NCBI GenBank assembly: GCA_035454685.1
Contig: DATIGN010000127.1
Coordinates: 56,269-120,268, forward strand
Direction: 5' to 3'
DNA length: 64,000 bases
DNA from: Burkholderiales bacterium
GTDB lineage: Bacteria > Pseudomonadota > Gammaproteobacteria > Burkholderiales > SG8-39
The notes under the pieces were generated by a model, which ran no database searches, was not told the DNA's origin, and was given only the letters and a program-made list of their open reading frames with translations. Positions 10,948 to 21,111 of this stretch are shown in pieces. How positions within the stretch are numbered: the stretch's first letter is position 1; the number at the start of each line of letters is the position of its first letter. Both the position numbers and the translations under genes were made by a program.

Positions 10948-11701
10948 GCGCCATCCGGATCGCGCCGTCGAGGCGGATCGTCTCGGCGTTCAGCATCTCG
11001 ATCTCGACGATCGCCTTAACGAGCTGCGCATATTCCGCCGGCCGGCCGAGCCGCGAAGGAAACGGCACCTGCTTGCCGAGCGATTCCTGCGCCTCCTTCG
11101 GCAGGCCCATCAGCATCGGGGTCTCGAAAATTCCCGGCGCTATAGTGCATACGCGAATGCCGTTGCGCGATAGGTCGCGCGCGATCGGCAGCGTCATGCC
11201 CACCACGCCGCCCTTGGACGCCGAGTAGGCCACCTGGCCGATTTGCCCGTCGAAGGCGGCGACCGAAGCGGTGTTCACGATGACGCCGCGTTCGCCGGAC
11301 GCATTCGGCACGGCTTTCGCCATCGCGTCGGCGGCGAGGCGGATCATGTTGAACGTGCCGATCAGGTTGACGTTGATCACGCGGCTGAACCGCTGCAGGT
11401 CATGGGGCGCTTCCTTGCCCAGCGTGCGCTCGGCGATCGCGATGCCCGCGCAGTTCACGAGGACATGAAGCCCGCCGAACTCTTTCAGGGCGAGCTGCAC
11501 GGCGGCGCGACCCTCGGCCTCGCTCGCGACATCGGTCTTGATGAAGCGCCCGTTGAGATCCTTCGCGAGCTTGTCGCCGGCTTCGGCCTGCATGTCGGCG
11601 ATGACGACTTTCGCACCGCCTTCGGCCGCCATGCGTGCGGTTGCCGCGCCGAGGCCGGATGCGCCGCCAGTAACGAGGAATATGCTATTTCGGATTTGCA
11701 T
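10940..11701 (-). CDS. Short-chain dehydrogenase, HSD17B10-like 3-hydroxyacyl-CoA dehydrogenase
   Basis: TGGASGLG cofactor motif and catalytic [12 protein letters not shown]. Start taken at the internal ATG ([13 protein letters not shown]). Confidence 0.85.
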
Positions 11702-11740
11702 CGGGAACTCCGCAGTGAATTCGCCGATAATTCTAACCGC

Positions 11741-14700
11741 ATGCAACTCGGTTTCGGCGTTCGTTTCAACGACCTGTACGAGCGCGAAGGCCTGCTTCGC
11801 GTCGACGCCGCGTTCCTGCGTTTCCTCGGCGAAGCCGACACCGCTTTACGAGACAGGCTAACCGCTGGGCGAAGCAATTCCCAGAAAGGCAGGGACGAGT
11901 CTGACTTGCTCGTTGCACTTGCGCCGCACGTTGAGGACTTCCTCGCAAAGCTCTTCGGCATCGAAGCCGAGGGGCGCGCGCTCGCCGAGCGGCACAACGA
12001 GCTCGCGCCTCTGTACTCGGTGAAGCGCCTGTTCGTGCAGCGGCGCGCGCTGCACAAGGTCAAGCCCGAGGATGTGAGGCCCGACGGCTTCAGCTTCACT
12101 ACGGAGCTCGACTTCGCGCGGCAGGTGACGGCGTGGCTCAAGGACGAAGCGAAACATCGAAACGAGCTCGAGACCGCTGCCCGCTACGCCGCATGGGCGA
12201 CGACCACCCCGGAGGGCAAGGCGAAGCACCGAGGCGGGGTGCTGTTCAAAGCGCCGCGCAAGCTCGACTACATGAAGCTCATTCCCCACACCGAGCCGCG
12301 GCATCGCGAGGGCTTCAAGCTGACCGACTCCGGCACCGACCTCGCCGGGGCGCTCGACGAGGCGAACTACTGCATCTGGTGCCACGAGCAGGGCAAGGAT
12401 TCCTGCTCCAAGGGGCTGCGGGAAAAACCCCCGGCCGAAGGATTCCGCAAGACCGTGTTCGGCGTCCCGCTCGCCGGCTGCCCGCTCGAGGAAAAGATCT
12501 CGGAATTCCACATGGTCAAGGCGCGCGGCGAGCCGCTGGCGGCGCTCGGCATCGTCGCGGTGGACAACCCCATGGCCGCGGCGACCGGCCACCGCATCTG
12601 CAATGACTGCATGAAATCCTGCATTTACCAGAAGCAGGACCCGGTGGACATTCCGCAGGCCGAGACGCGCACGCTGAAGGATGTGCTCGAGCTGCCGTGG
12701 GGATTCGAAATCTATTCGCTACTCACGCGCTGGAACCCCTTCGACCTCAGGCGGCCGTACCCAAAATCCCCTTCCGGGAAAAGAATCCTCGTCGTCGGCC
12801 TCGGCCCGGCGGGCTTCACCGTCGCGCACCACCTCATGAACGACGGCCACACGGTGGTCGGCATCGACGGCCTGAAGATCGAGCCGCTCGACGCTGCAAT
12901 CTCCGGCGTCGACCCCCTGGGGAACCGCGTTCCCTTCCGGCCGATCAAGGACGTCAAGGAACTGTGGGAACCGCTCGACCAGCGCGTGATGGCCGGCTTT
13001 GGCGGCGTGGCCGAGTACGGCATCACCGTGCGCTGGGACAAGAACTTCCTCAAAGTGATCCGCCTGATCCTCGAGCGGCGGCGGCAATTCGCCATGTTCG
13101 GCGGCGTGCGCTTCGGCGGCACGCTCACGATCGACGAGGCCTTTGCCGACGGATTCGATCACATTGCGCTGTGCGCCGGCGCGGGCCGCCCGACGGTGCT
13201 CGAAATTCCGAACGGGTTCGCGCGCGGGGTACGAGCGGCTTCGGACTTCTTGATGGCGTTGCAGCTCACCGGCGCGGCCAAGCGCGAATCGATCGCCAAC
13301 CTGCAGATCCGCCTTCCGATCGTCGTAATCGGCGGCGGCCTCACCGCCATCGATACCGCGACCGAATCGCTCGCCTACTATGCGGTGCAGGTGGAGAAGT
13401 TCCTGGCGCGCTACGAGGCGCTCGAGCACAAGCCCGAGTGGACGGCCGAAGAGCGCGAGATTGCCGAAGAGTTCATCGCTCACGCCAAGGCCCTGCGCGC
13501 TGCCGCGCCATCCCAGCGATTGTCATTACTGAAATCGTGGGGCGGCGCGACGATTGCCTATCGCCGGCGGATGATCGACAGCCCCTCCTACACGCTCAAC
13601 CACGAGGAAGTCGCGAAGGCGCTCGAAGAGGGCATTACCTTCCTCGAGAACCTCGCCCCCGCGCGTATCGAAGTCGACCGGCATGGGCATGCCCGAGCCG
13701 TGGTCTTCGCCAACGGCGAGGAGCTCCCGGCCAGGTCGGTACTCGTCGCCGCCGGCACCCAGCCGAACACGGTGCTCGCGCGCGAGGAAGGCGTGAGCCT
13801 CGAGCTCGACGGCAAGTACTTTCTAGCGTGCGACGGGTCCGGTGCATCGGTGAGGCCCGAGCGGCACACGTCCAAGCCGAAGCAGGTCGAGGTGCTGCTG
13901 CACCGCTACCCCGACGGGCGCTTCATGAGCTTCTTCGGCGACCTGCATCCTTCCTACTTCGGCAACGTGGTGAAGGCCATGGGCAGCGCCAAGCAAGGCT
14001 ATCCCGTCGTGAGCCGAGTGCTTTCACGAGGCAAGCCGTCCTCGTCCTCGGACGACACGTCTTTCCTCGCAAGGCTCAATCGCGATCTGCGCGCGGTGGT
14101 ACACGAAGTGCGGCGCCTTACGCCGACGATCATTGAGGTCGTGCTGCGCGCCCCGGTGGCGGCGCGGCGCTTCGAGCCGGGCCAGTTCTACCGCATGCAG
14201 AACTTCGAGACCCTCGCGCTGCGCGTGCCTGGCACTACCCTCGCCATGGAAGGCCTGGCGCTCACGGGCGCCTGGGTCGACCGCGACCAGGGGCTGATCT
14301 CGGTGATCGCGCTCGAGATGGGCGGCTCGGCCGATCTCCTCGCCTACCTACGCCCGGGCGAGCCGGTCATCCTCATGGGGCCCACCGGGACGCCGACCGA
14401 GATCCCCCATGGCCAGAACGTGGTGCTCGCCGGCGGAGGCTTGGGCAATGCGGTCCTCTTCTCCATCGGCCGCGCGTTGCGTGCCGCCGGCTCCCGGGTC
14501 GTGTACTTCGCCGGCTACCGGCGCGCCGCCGACCGCTACCGCGTTGACGACATCGAGGCGGCTTCGGACGTGGTCGTCTGGTGCTGCGACGAGCCGCCTG
14601 GCTTCGCTGCCCGCAGGCCCCAGGACCGGGCGTTCGTCGGCAACATCGTCGAAGCGATGCACGCCTATGCCTCAGGCGCGCTCGGCAAGCAGGAGATCCC

Positions 14701-15073
14701 CTTCTCGAGCACGGATCGGATCATCGCCATCGGCTCCGACCAGATGATGGCCGCGGTGGCGCGAGCACGCCACGAAGTACTTTCTGGTTACTTGAAGAAG
14801 AACCATGTGGCCATTGGGTCCATCAACAGCCCGATGCAATGCATGATGAAAGAGATCTGCGCGCAGTGCCTGCAGCCGCACGTCGACCCGGCAACCGGCA
14901 AGACCACCTACGTCTTCTCCTGCTTCAACCAGGACCAGCCCCTCGACCAGGTGGACTTCGCCGCCCTCGCCCAGCGCCTGGCGCAGAACGGGGTGCAGGA
15001 GAAGCTCACCGCTCTCTGGATCGACCGCTGCCTGAAGCTCCTCCCCCCGCCCGCCGAGCGCAAGGCCGCCTAG
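11741..15073 (+). CDS. 1110-aa fusion: unknown N-domain + GltD/NfnB-like Fe-S/FAD-NAD(P) oxidoreductase + PyrK/NfnA-like FNR module with a C-terminal 2Fe-2S motif
   Basis: Start at ATG 11741 ([14 protein letters not shown]); the track ORF start at 11243 overlaps the opposite-strand SDR gene. Cys clusters [12 protein letters not shown] and CNDCMKSC. Rossmann motifs [12 protein letters not shown] and [12 protein letters not shown]-terminal [10 protein letters not shown]...SC. Confidence 0.75.
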   Translation: MQLGFGVRFNDLYEREGLLRVDAAFLRFLGEADTALRDRLTAGRSNSQKGRDESDLLVALAPHVEDFLAKLFGIEAEGRALAERHNELAPLYSVKRLFVQRRALHKVKPEDVRPDGFSFTTELDFARQVTAWLKDEAKHRNELETAARYAAWATTTPEGKAKHRGGVLFKAPRKLDYMKLIPHTEPRHREGFKLTDSGTDLAGALDEANYCIWCHEQGKDSCSKGLREKPPAEGFRKTVFGVPLAGCPLEEKISEFHMVKARGEPLAALGIVAVDNPMAAATGHRICNDCMKSCIYQKQDPVDIPQAETRTLKDVLELPWGFEIYSLLTRWNPFDLRRPYPKSPSGKRILVVGLGPAGFTVAHHLMNDGHTVVGIDGLKIEPLDAAISGVDPLGNRVPFRPIKDVKELWEPLDQRVMAGFGGVAEYGITVRWDKNFLKVIRLILERRRQFAMFGGVRFGGTLTIDEAFADGFDHIALCAGAGRPTVLEIPNGFARGVRAASDFLMALQLTGAAKRESIANLQIRLPIVVIGGGLTAIDTATESLAYYAVQVEKFLARYEALEHKPEWTAEEREIAEEFIAHAKALRAAAPSQRLSLLKSWGGATIAYRRRMIDSPSYTLNHEEVAKALEEGITFLENLAPARIEVDRHGHARAVVFANGEELPARSVLVAAGTQPNTVLAREEGVSLELDGKYFLACDGSGASVRPERHTSKPKQVEVLLHRYPDGRFMSFFGDLHPSYFGNVVKAMGSAKQGYPVVSRVLSRGKPSSSSDDTSFLARLNRDLRAVVHEVRRLTPTIIEVVLRAPVAARRFEPGQFYRMQNFETLALRVPGTTLAMEGLALTGAWVDRDQGLISVIALEMGGSADLLAYLRPGEPVILMGPTGTPTEIPHGQNVVLAGGGLGNAVLFSIGRALRAAGSRVVYFAGYRRAADRYRVDDIEAASDVVVWCCDEPPGFAARRPQDRAFVGNIVEAMHAYASGALGKQEIPFSSTDRIIAIGSDQMMAAVARARHEVLSGYLKKNHVAIGSINSPMQCMMKEICAQCLQPHVDPATGKTTYVFSCFNQDQPLDQVDFAALAQRLAQNGVQEKLTALWIDRCLKLLPPPAERKAA

Positions 15074-15119
15074 CTCGAGGCAAGACGCTGCGCTGGTTTC
15101 GCTAGCTTGTCCGGCAAGC

Positions 15120-15148
15120 TTGACGCGCCGTCGGGTGAGGAGTATAAG
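15120..15148 (+). promoter_or_regulatory. Sigma-70-like promoter: TTGACG-N17-TATAAG
   Basis: TTGACG at 15120-15125, a 17-nt spacer, then TATAAG at 15143-15148. It lies in the only AT-rich intergenic stretch of this region, upstream of the RHH gene. Confidence 0.4.
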
Positions 15149-15167
15149 ATTTATATAAGTATTATAT

Positions 15168-15365
15168 ATGCAAAAGACCAAGGTCCGCACCTTTTCGGCT
15201 ACGCCCCGTGACCTCGCGATGCTCGAAGCGGTGGCGCGCTATCACGGCCTGAACAAGAGCGCGACGATCGCGAGCTTGGTGCGCAGGGAGTTCTGGCGCA
15301 TTTTCCCCGGCGGAACGGACAAGATCCGGCCCGATCGAGGAGCTAAAGTTGAAGGTGAGGCATGA
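15168..15365 (+). CDS. Small ribbon-helix-helix (CopG/Arc-like) putative regulator
   Basis: 65 aa. KVRTFSAT (beta strand) followed by two helices (PRDLAMLEAVARYHGL, NKSATIASLVRREF). The stop overlaps the next start as ATGA. No SD sequence. Confidence 0.55.
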   Translation: MQKTKVRTFSATPRDLAMLEAVARYHGLNKSATIASLVRREFWRIFPGGTDKIRPDRGAKVEGEA

Positions 15366-16552
15366 TTCCTAAGCTATTAATCTCATGCGTTTTAGCTGCG
15401 TCCGCAACATTCGCCTTTGCACAGAGCGTGGTCAAGGTGGGCGAGCTGAACAGCTACAAGGTGTTCCCCGCCTTTCTCGAGCCGTACAAGAAAGGCATGG
15501 AGCTCGCGCTCGAGGAGATCAACCGCTCGGGCGGCGTGGCGGGACGAAAGCTCGAGCTCATCACCCGCGATGACGGCGGGACCCCGGGCGACGCAGTGAG
15601 GGTGGCGGAGGAACTGATCGCGCGGGAGCGCGTGAATGTCCTTATGGGCACGTTCGCCTCCAACGTCGGCCTCGCCGTCGCGAACCTGGCGAACCAGCGC
15701 AAGATCCTTTTCCTCGCCTCGGAGCCGCTCACCGACAAGATCGTTTGGGAGAACGGCAACCGCTATACGTTCCGGCTGCGACCGTCGACCTACATGCAGA
15801 CCGCGATGCTGGTGCCGGAAGCGGCGAAGCTCAAGAAGCAGCGCTGGGCGATCGTCTACCCGAACTACGAGTACGGCCAATCGGCGAGCGCGTCGTTCAA
15901 GAAGCTGCTCTCGCAGGCGCAGCCGGGGGTGCAGTTCGTCGCCGAGCAGGCGCCCGCCCTGGGCAAGATCGAGGCCGGCGCCGTGGTGCAGGCGCTTGCC
16001 GAGGCGAACCCCGACGCGATCTTCAGCTCGCTGTTCGCCGCCGACCTGCAGAAGTTCGTGCGCGAAGGAAATACGCGCGGCCTTTTCAAGAACACTGTCG
16101 TGTTCAACCTGCTGGGCGGAGAGCCGGAATACCTCGATCCGCTCAAGGACGAGACCCCCGCAGGCTGGTGGGTCACGGGCTATCCCTGGAGCGAGATCAA
16201 TACGCCGGAGCACAAGGCGTTCCGCGACGCGTACCAGAAGCGCTGGAACGACTATCCGCGGCTCGGCTCGGTGGTCGGCTATTCCGCGCTCTACGCCGTG
16301 GCGAATGCCATCCGCAAGGCGAAATCGGCTGACACCGAGAAGCTGGTCGAAGCGCTCAAGGGCCTGCAGATGCAGACGCCCTTCGGCCCCATCACGTGGC
16401 GCGCCATCGACCACCAGTCGACCATGGGCGCGTATGTCGGCCAGCTCGCGAAGAAGGACGGCAAAGGCACCATGGTGAACTGGCGCTATGCCGACGGCGC
16501 GAAGCACCAGCCCTCCGACGAGGAAATCCGCAAGCTGAGGAAAGAAGACTAG
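15362..16552 (+). CDS. LIV-type (type 1 PBP) ABC substrate-binding protein
   Basis: Signal peptide (LLISCVLAASATFAFA). LivJ/K-family architecture. First gene of the transporter operon. Confidence 0.9.
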   Translation: MIPKLLISCVLAASATFAFAQSVVKVGELNSYKVFPAFLEPYKKGMELALEEINRSGGVAGRKLELITRDDGGTPGDAVRVAEELIARERVNVLMGTFASNVGLAVANLANQRKILFLASEPLTDKIVWENGNRYTFRLRPSTYMQTAMLVPEAAKLKKQRWAIVYPNYEYGQSASASFKKLLSQAQPGVQFVAEQAPALGKIEAGAVVQALAEANPDAIFSSLFAADLQKFVREGNTRGLFKNTVVFNLLGGEPEYLDPLKDETPAGWWVTGYPWSEINTPEHKAFRDAYQKRWNDYPRLGSVVGYSALYAVANAIRKAKSADTEKLVEALKGLQMQTPFGPITWRAIDHQSTMGAYVGQLAKKDGKGTMVNWRYADGAKHQPSDEEIRKLRKED

Positions 16553-16560
16553 GCTCAGGA

Positions 16561-18375
16561 TTGAGCGGCTCGGCCGTACTCCTGCAATTCCTGAACGGGC
16601 TCGCGGGCGCGAGTTCGCTCTTCCTGGTCGCGGCGGGGCTGTCGCTCATCTTTGGCGTCAGCCGGATCGTCAACTTCGCCCACGGCTCGCTCTACATGCT
16701 CGGCATGTACTTGGCCGTGTGGCTGTCGGAGAAGCTCGGCTTCTGGGCGAGCGTTCCGCTCGCGGCGCTGGTTGTCGGTTTTTCCGGTGTCTTCATAGAA
16801 CTTCTCCTGCTGAGAAGGCTCTATCGCGCGCCCGAGTTGCTGCAGCTGCTCGCAACATTCGCGCTGGTGCTCGTCATCAAGGACCTCGCGCTCTGGGCGT
16901 GGGGACCGGAAGACATGCTCGGTCCGCGCGCGCCGGGGTTGAGCGGCGCGGTCACCATCGCCGGCCGGCAGTTCCCGCAGTACGACCTGTTCCTGATCGT
17001 GCTCGGTCCGGCGGTGTTCGTGCTTCTCCACCTGCTGCTTACGAGGACCCGCTTCGGCATCCTGGTTCGCGCGGCGACCGAGGATCGCGAAATGGCCGGC
17101 GCTCTGGGCGTGAACCAGCGTCTGCTCTTCACCACTGTGTTCGCGCTCGGCGCCGCGCTTGCCGGGCTAGGGGGCGCGATGGCGATCCCTCGCGAGCCGG
17201 CCAACCTCGAGGTCGACCTCGCGGTCGTTTCCGACGCCTTCGTGGTGGTGGTGCTCGGCGGCCTGGGCTCGATACCCGGAGCGTTCCTCGCTGCGCTGCT
17301 GATCGCGGAGGTGAAAGCGTTCTGCATCGGACTGGGCTTTTCCAAGCTCACGCTAGTCGCCGAGTTCATCGTCATGGCGGTGGTCCTGGTGCTGCGCCCG
17401 TGGGGACTGCTCGGGCGGCCGCTCGCCGAAGCCCGCGCTCTGCCGGCCGAGCAGGCGCTCGCCGCTTCCCTCCCGCAACGCGCCCTCCTCGCGGGCTTGG
17501 CCGCGCTCGCGTTGGTGCCGCTGCTCGCCGACGCGTACACGCTCGTGCTTCTCACCGACGTGTTCGTGTTCGCGCTCTTTGCCGTCAGCCTGCATTTCAT
17601 CCTCGGACCGGGAGGGATGGTTTCGTTCGGCCATGCCGCCTACTTCGGGCTCGGCGCCTATGCCGCCGCGCTTCTCCTGCTGCGCTATCGCCTGCCGATG
17701 GAGGGGGCGCTGCTGGCGGCGCCGCTCGCCGCGCTGGCGGGCGCCGCGGTGTTCGGCTGGTTGTGCGTGCGGCTCTCGGGCATCTATCTCGCGATGCTGA
17801 CGCTCGCGCTGGCGCAAATCGTCTGGTCGGTCGCGTTTCAGTGGGATGCGGTCACGGGCGGCTCAAACGGGCTGGTTGGGATCTGGCCCGCGTCGTGGCT
17901 GGCGTCAAGGACCGCCTACTTCTACGCCACGCTGGCATTGAGCGCCGCGGCGATTGCCTGCCTCTGGCGAATCCTTGCCTCGCCGTTCGGTAATGCCTTG
18001 CGCGCGAGCCGCGACTCTCCGGTGCGTGCGGAAGCCATCGGCATCGATGTGCGCGCCCAGCGCTGGACCGCTTTCATGATCGCCGGCACAGCCGCCGGGC
18101 TTGCCGGCGCCCTGTTCGCTTTCTCCAAGGGCTCGATCTCGCCCGAAACGCTGTCGGTGCCGCGCTCAGTGGACGGACTGGTGATGGTCCTGCTCGGCGG
18201 CGTTCAGACCCTGACCGGGCCGGTGTGGGGAGCGGCGCTTTTCACCTGGCTGGAGGACGCGGTCGCGCGCGAGATCGCATATTGGCGCGCCGCCATCGGG
18301 GCGGTAATTCTGCTCCTGGTGCTCGCCGTTCCCCAAGGCATCGCCGGCGCCCTCGGCAAATGGCGCTCTCGGTAA
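16561..18375 (+). CDS. Fused LivH/LivM-type ABC permease
   Basis: TTG start at 16561 just after the SBP stop. Two LIV permease halves in about 604 aa. Confidence 0.85.
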   Translation: MSGSAVLLQFLNGLAGASSLFLVAAGLSLIFGVSRIVNFAHGSLYMLGMYLAVWLSEKLGFWASVPLAALVVGFSGVFIELLLLRRLYRAPELLQLLATFALVLVIKDLALWAWGPEDMLGPRAPGLSGAVTIAGRQFPQYDLFLIVLGPAVFVLLHLLLTRTRFGILVRAATEDREMAGALGVNQRLLFTTVFALGAALAGLGGAMAIPREPANLEVDLAVVSDAFVVVVLGGLGSIPGAFLAALLIAEVKAFCIGLGFSKLTLVAEFIVMAVVLVLRPWGLLGRPLAEARALPAEQALAASLPQRALLAGLAALALVPLLADAYTLVLLTDVFVFALFAVSLHFILGPGGMVSFGHAAYFGLGAYAAALLLLRYRLPMEGALLAAPLAALAGAAVFGWLCVRLSGIYLAMLTLALAQIVWSVAFQWDAVTGGSNGLVGIWPASWLASRTAYFYATLALSAAAIACLWRILASPFGNALRASRDSPVRAEAIGIDVRAQRWTAFMIAGTAAGLAGALFAFSKGSISPETLSVPRSVDGLVMVLLGGVQTLTGPVWGAALFTWLEDAVAREIAYWRAAIGAVILLLVLAVPQGIAGALGKWRSR

Positions 18376-19097
18376 GGAACCTGTCGAAGGCCTACGGCGG
18401 CGTCGAAGCCGTGCGCGACGTGTCGTTCAGCGTCGAGCCCGGAGAGATCGTGGCGATCATCGGCCCCAACGGCGCCGGCAAGACGACCTGCTTCAACATG
18501 CTGAACGGGCAGCTCGCGCCGGACCGCGGCGACATCCGGCTGGACGGAACGAGCCTCCTCGGGCTGCCGCCGCACCGCGTTTCGCGCCTCGGCGTGGGAC
18601 GCACTTTCCAGGTGACGGCCACCTTCGGCTCCATGAGCGTGCGCGAGAACGTGCAGACCGCGCTTCTCTCGCACCATGGGCGGAACTACTCGATGTGGAG
18701 CCGCGCGCGGGCGTTCTTCATCAAGGAGGCGGAAGCCCTTCTCGACCGCGTCGGCATGCGCAGTCAGGCCGACCGGTCGTGCGCCGTACTCGCCTATGGC
18801 GACCTCAAGCGCGTGGAGCTCGCAATGGCGCTCGCCAACGAGCCCCGCCTTCTCCTCATGGACGAGCCGACCGCGGGAATGGCCCCGGAGGAGCGCGGCG
18901 CGCTGATGGGGCTTGCCGAGGCGCTCGCGCGCCATGACCGGATCGCGGTGCTTTTCACCGAGCACGACATGAGCGTCGTGTTCGGCTTCGCGAGTCGCGT
19001 CATCGTCATGCACCTCGGGGAAATCATCGCGCAAGGCTCGCCGGACGAGGTGCGCGGCGACCCGCGCGTACGCGAGGTGTACCTTGGCGATGCTTGA
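18360..19097 (+). CDS. LIV-type ABC ATP-binding protein (LivG-like)
   Basis: Start at the internal ATG (MALSVRNLSKAYGG). Walker A GPNGAGKTT and Walker B LLLMDEP. Confidence 0.9.
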   Translation: MALSVRNLSKAYGGVEAVRDVSFSVEPGEIVAIIGPNGAGKTTCFNMLNGQLAPDRGDIRLDGTSLLGLPPHRVSRLGVGRTFQVTATFGSMSVRENVQTALLSHHGRNYSMWSRARAFFIKEAEALLDRVGMRSQADRSCAVLAYGDLKRVELAMALANEPRLLLMDEPTAGMAPEERGALMGLAEALARHDRIAVLFTEHDMSVVFGFASRVIVMHLGEIIAQGSPDEVRGDPRVREVYLGDA

Positions 19098-19734
19098 GGT
19101 GCGCGGCCTGAACGCCGGCTACGGCCGCGCCCAGGTACTCTTCGACGTCGATCTCGACGTCGGCCAGGGGGAAGTCGTCGCGCTCCTCGGCCGCAACGGG
19201 GCCGGCAAGTCGACCTCGCTCAAGGCGATCATGGGCCTCGTGCCGCGGCTCTCCGGCGAGATCGTTTTCGACGCCAAGCCCATCCGCAACCTCGAGCCTT
19301 ACGAAATCGCGCGTCTCGGTCTGGGCTACGTCCCCGAGGATCGGCGTATCTTCACGGACCTGACCGTGATCGAGAACCTCGAAGTCGCCCGCCAGGCGCC
19401 ACGGGGCGCCGCGCCGCCGTGGACGGAAGAACGGCTGTTTGCGCTCTTTCCTGCGCTCGCCCGCTTGCGCGATCGCCGCGGCGCCCGCATGTCGGGCGGC
19501 GAGCAGCAGATGCTTTGCATCGCGCGCACTCTGGCGGGCAATCCCTCCGCGATCCTGCTGGACGAGCCTTCCGAAGGACTGGCCCCGCTCGTCGTAGCGC
19601 AGGTGGCGCAGGCCATCCGCGAGATCAGGCGCGCGGGCGTGGCGGTCCTGCTCGCCGAGCAGAGCCGGCATTTCACCGACCGGGTCGCCGATCGGGCGTA
19701 CGTGCTGGAGAAAGGCGTAATCGGTCGAGGATGA
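19084..19734 (+). CDS. LIV-type ABC ATP-binding protein (LivF-like)
   Basis: GRNGAGKST, signature SGGEQQML, Walker B ILLDEPSEGL. Confidence 0.9.
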   Translation: MAMLEVRGLNAGYGRAQVLFDVDLDVGQGEVVALLGRNGAGKSTSLKAIMGLVPRLSGEIVFDAKPIRNLEPYEIARLGLGYVPEDRRIFTDLTVIENLEVARQAPRGAAPPWTEERLFALFPALARLRDRRGARMSGGEQQMLCIARTLAGNPSAILLDEPSEGLAPLVVAQVAQAIREIRRAGVAVLLAEQSRHFTDRVADRAYVLEKGVIGRG

Positions 19735-19744
19735 TCAATTCAGG

Positions 19745-20218
19745 ATGAGCCGCGGCCTGCTTCTCACGCTCACCGAGCCGCCGCCGGCGATGGAGGAGGA
19801 GTTCAACGCCTGGTACGACAGCGAGCACCTTGCCGAGCGCCTGGCGATCTCGGGCTTCCGTTCCGCGCGGCGCTGGGTGCGCGGCGCCACCTATCTTGCG
19901 ACCTATGAGCTGGACTCGCCTGAAGTACTGCAGTCAAGGCCCTACCTGGAAAGGTTTCGCAACCAGACCCCATGGTCGCGCCGCTGCCTGGGCAGGTGCC
20001 TGACGTTCAAGCGCTGGGCATGCACGCAGATCGAGCCCGGCGACGCCGACCCGCATGGCGCGGCCGCGGCCCTGGCTTTCACGCTCAAGCCGGAAAGGTT
20101 TTCGGCAGTACTGCAATCAAGGCAGTTCGCCGCCGAATCGGGCGAAGCGATTTTCCTCTACGAGCTTTCCGACGCGCGACAGCACAGCGAGGATGTTTAC
20201 CGCCTCTACGGAACTTGA
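19745..20218 (+). CDS. Hypothetical protein, possibly of the EthD/DUF4286-like alpha+beta barrel type
   Basis: 157-aa ORF 10 nt after livF. N-terminal EEEFNAWYDSEHLAERL is reminiscent of that family. The family assignment is weak. Confidence 0.45.
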   Translation: MSRGLLLTLTEPPPAMEEEFNAWYDSEHLAERLAISGFRSARRWVRGATYLATYELDSPEVLQSRPYLERFRNQTPWSRRCLGRCLTFKRWACTQIEPGDADPHGAAAALAFTLKPERFSAVLQSRQFAAESGEAIFLYELSDARQHSEDVYRLYGT

Positions 20219-21101
20219 GCGCTACGCGTGGCTGTCGATCGCGGCGGCGCTCGCGACGATCACGCTGAAGACGCTCGCCTGGTGGCTCACCGGCTCCGTC
20301 AGCCTGCTTTCCGACGCGCTCGAATCGATCGTGAACCTGGCCGCCGCGCTGCTTGCGCTTACCATGCTGCGCGTTGCGGCATCGCCTCCCGACGAGAACC
20401 ATCCGTACGGCTTCTCCAAGGCGGAGTATTTCGCCGCCGGCATCGAAGGCGCGCTCATCGTGCTCGCCGCAGGCGGGATTCTCGCGAGTGCCATCCCCCG
20501 CCTGGTCGAGCCGCAGCCGATCCAGGCGCCGCTCCTGGGCCTTGCGCTCAGCGCTGCGGCGTCGGGCATCAATCTGGGCGTCGGCATGCTGCTGATCCGG
20601 GTCGGACGCCGGGAGCACAGCATCGCGCTCGAGGCCGACGGCCACCACCTGATGACCGACGTCTGGACCTCGGCCGGTGTGATCGCCGGCGTGGCGCTCG
20701 TATTCCTGACCGGCTGGCTGCGGCTCGACCCGCTGGTTGCGCTCGCCGTGGCGGTGCACATCGTCTGGATCGGACTGCGGCTGATGCGCCGCTCCTGGAA
20801 AGGACTTCTCGACGCCGCGATCTCGATCGAGGACACCGGCGAAGTGACCAGGCTGTTCACCGAGTACTCCAAGCGCTATGGCGTGAGCTTCCATGCCTTG
20901 CGCACGCGCCAGGCCGGCGCGCGCCGCTTCATCTCGTTTCACTTCCTGGTGCCCGATGCCTGGACCGTGGCGCAGGCGCACCGGCTCTCGGAGGAGGTCG
21001 AGGCGCGCATCCGCTCGATGGTGCCCAACGCCGCCGTGTTCACCCACATCGAGCCGATTTCCGATCCCTCCTCCTACGACGACCAGGAGCTGGACCGCTA
21101 G
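20193..21101 (+). CDS. Cation diffusion facilitator (CDF) family metal efflux transporter
   Basis: Start at the internal ATG (MFTASTELERYAWLSI...). CDF TM2/TM5 motifs SLLSDALESIVN and HLMTDVWTS. Cytoplasmic C-domain present. Confidence 0.85.
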   Translation: MFTASTELERYAWLSIAAALATITLKTLAWWLTGSVSLLSDALESIVNLAAALLALTMLRVAASPPDENHPYGFSKAEYFAAGIEGALIVLAAGGILASAIPRLVEPQPIQAPLLGLALSAAASGINLGVGMLLIRVGRREHSIALEADGHHLMTDVWTSAGVIAGVALVFLTGWLRLDPLVALAVAVHIVWIGLRLMRRSWKGLLDAAISIEDTGEVTRLFTEYSKRYGVSFHALRTRQAGARRFISFHFLVPDAWTVAQAHRLSEEVEARIRSMVPNAAVFTHIEPISDPSSYDDQELDR

Positions 21102-21111
21102 AGCGGTTTAG

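Noticed and set aside
15103-15120. Hairpin AGCTTG-tccgg-CAAGCT after the 1110-aa gene.
   Set aside because: The stem is only 6 bp and no U-tract follows. It also overlaps the candidate -35. The evidence is too weak to call a terminator.
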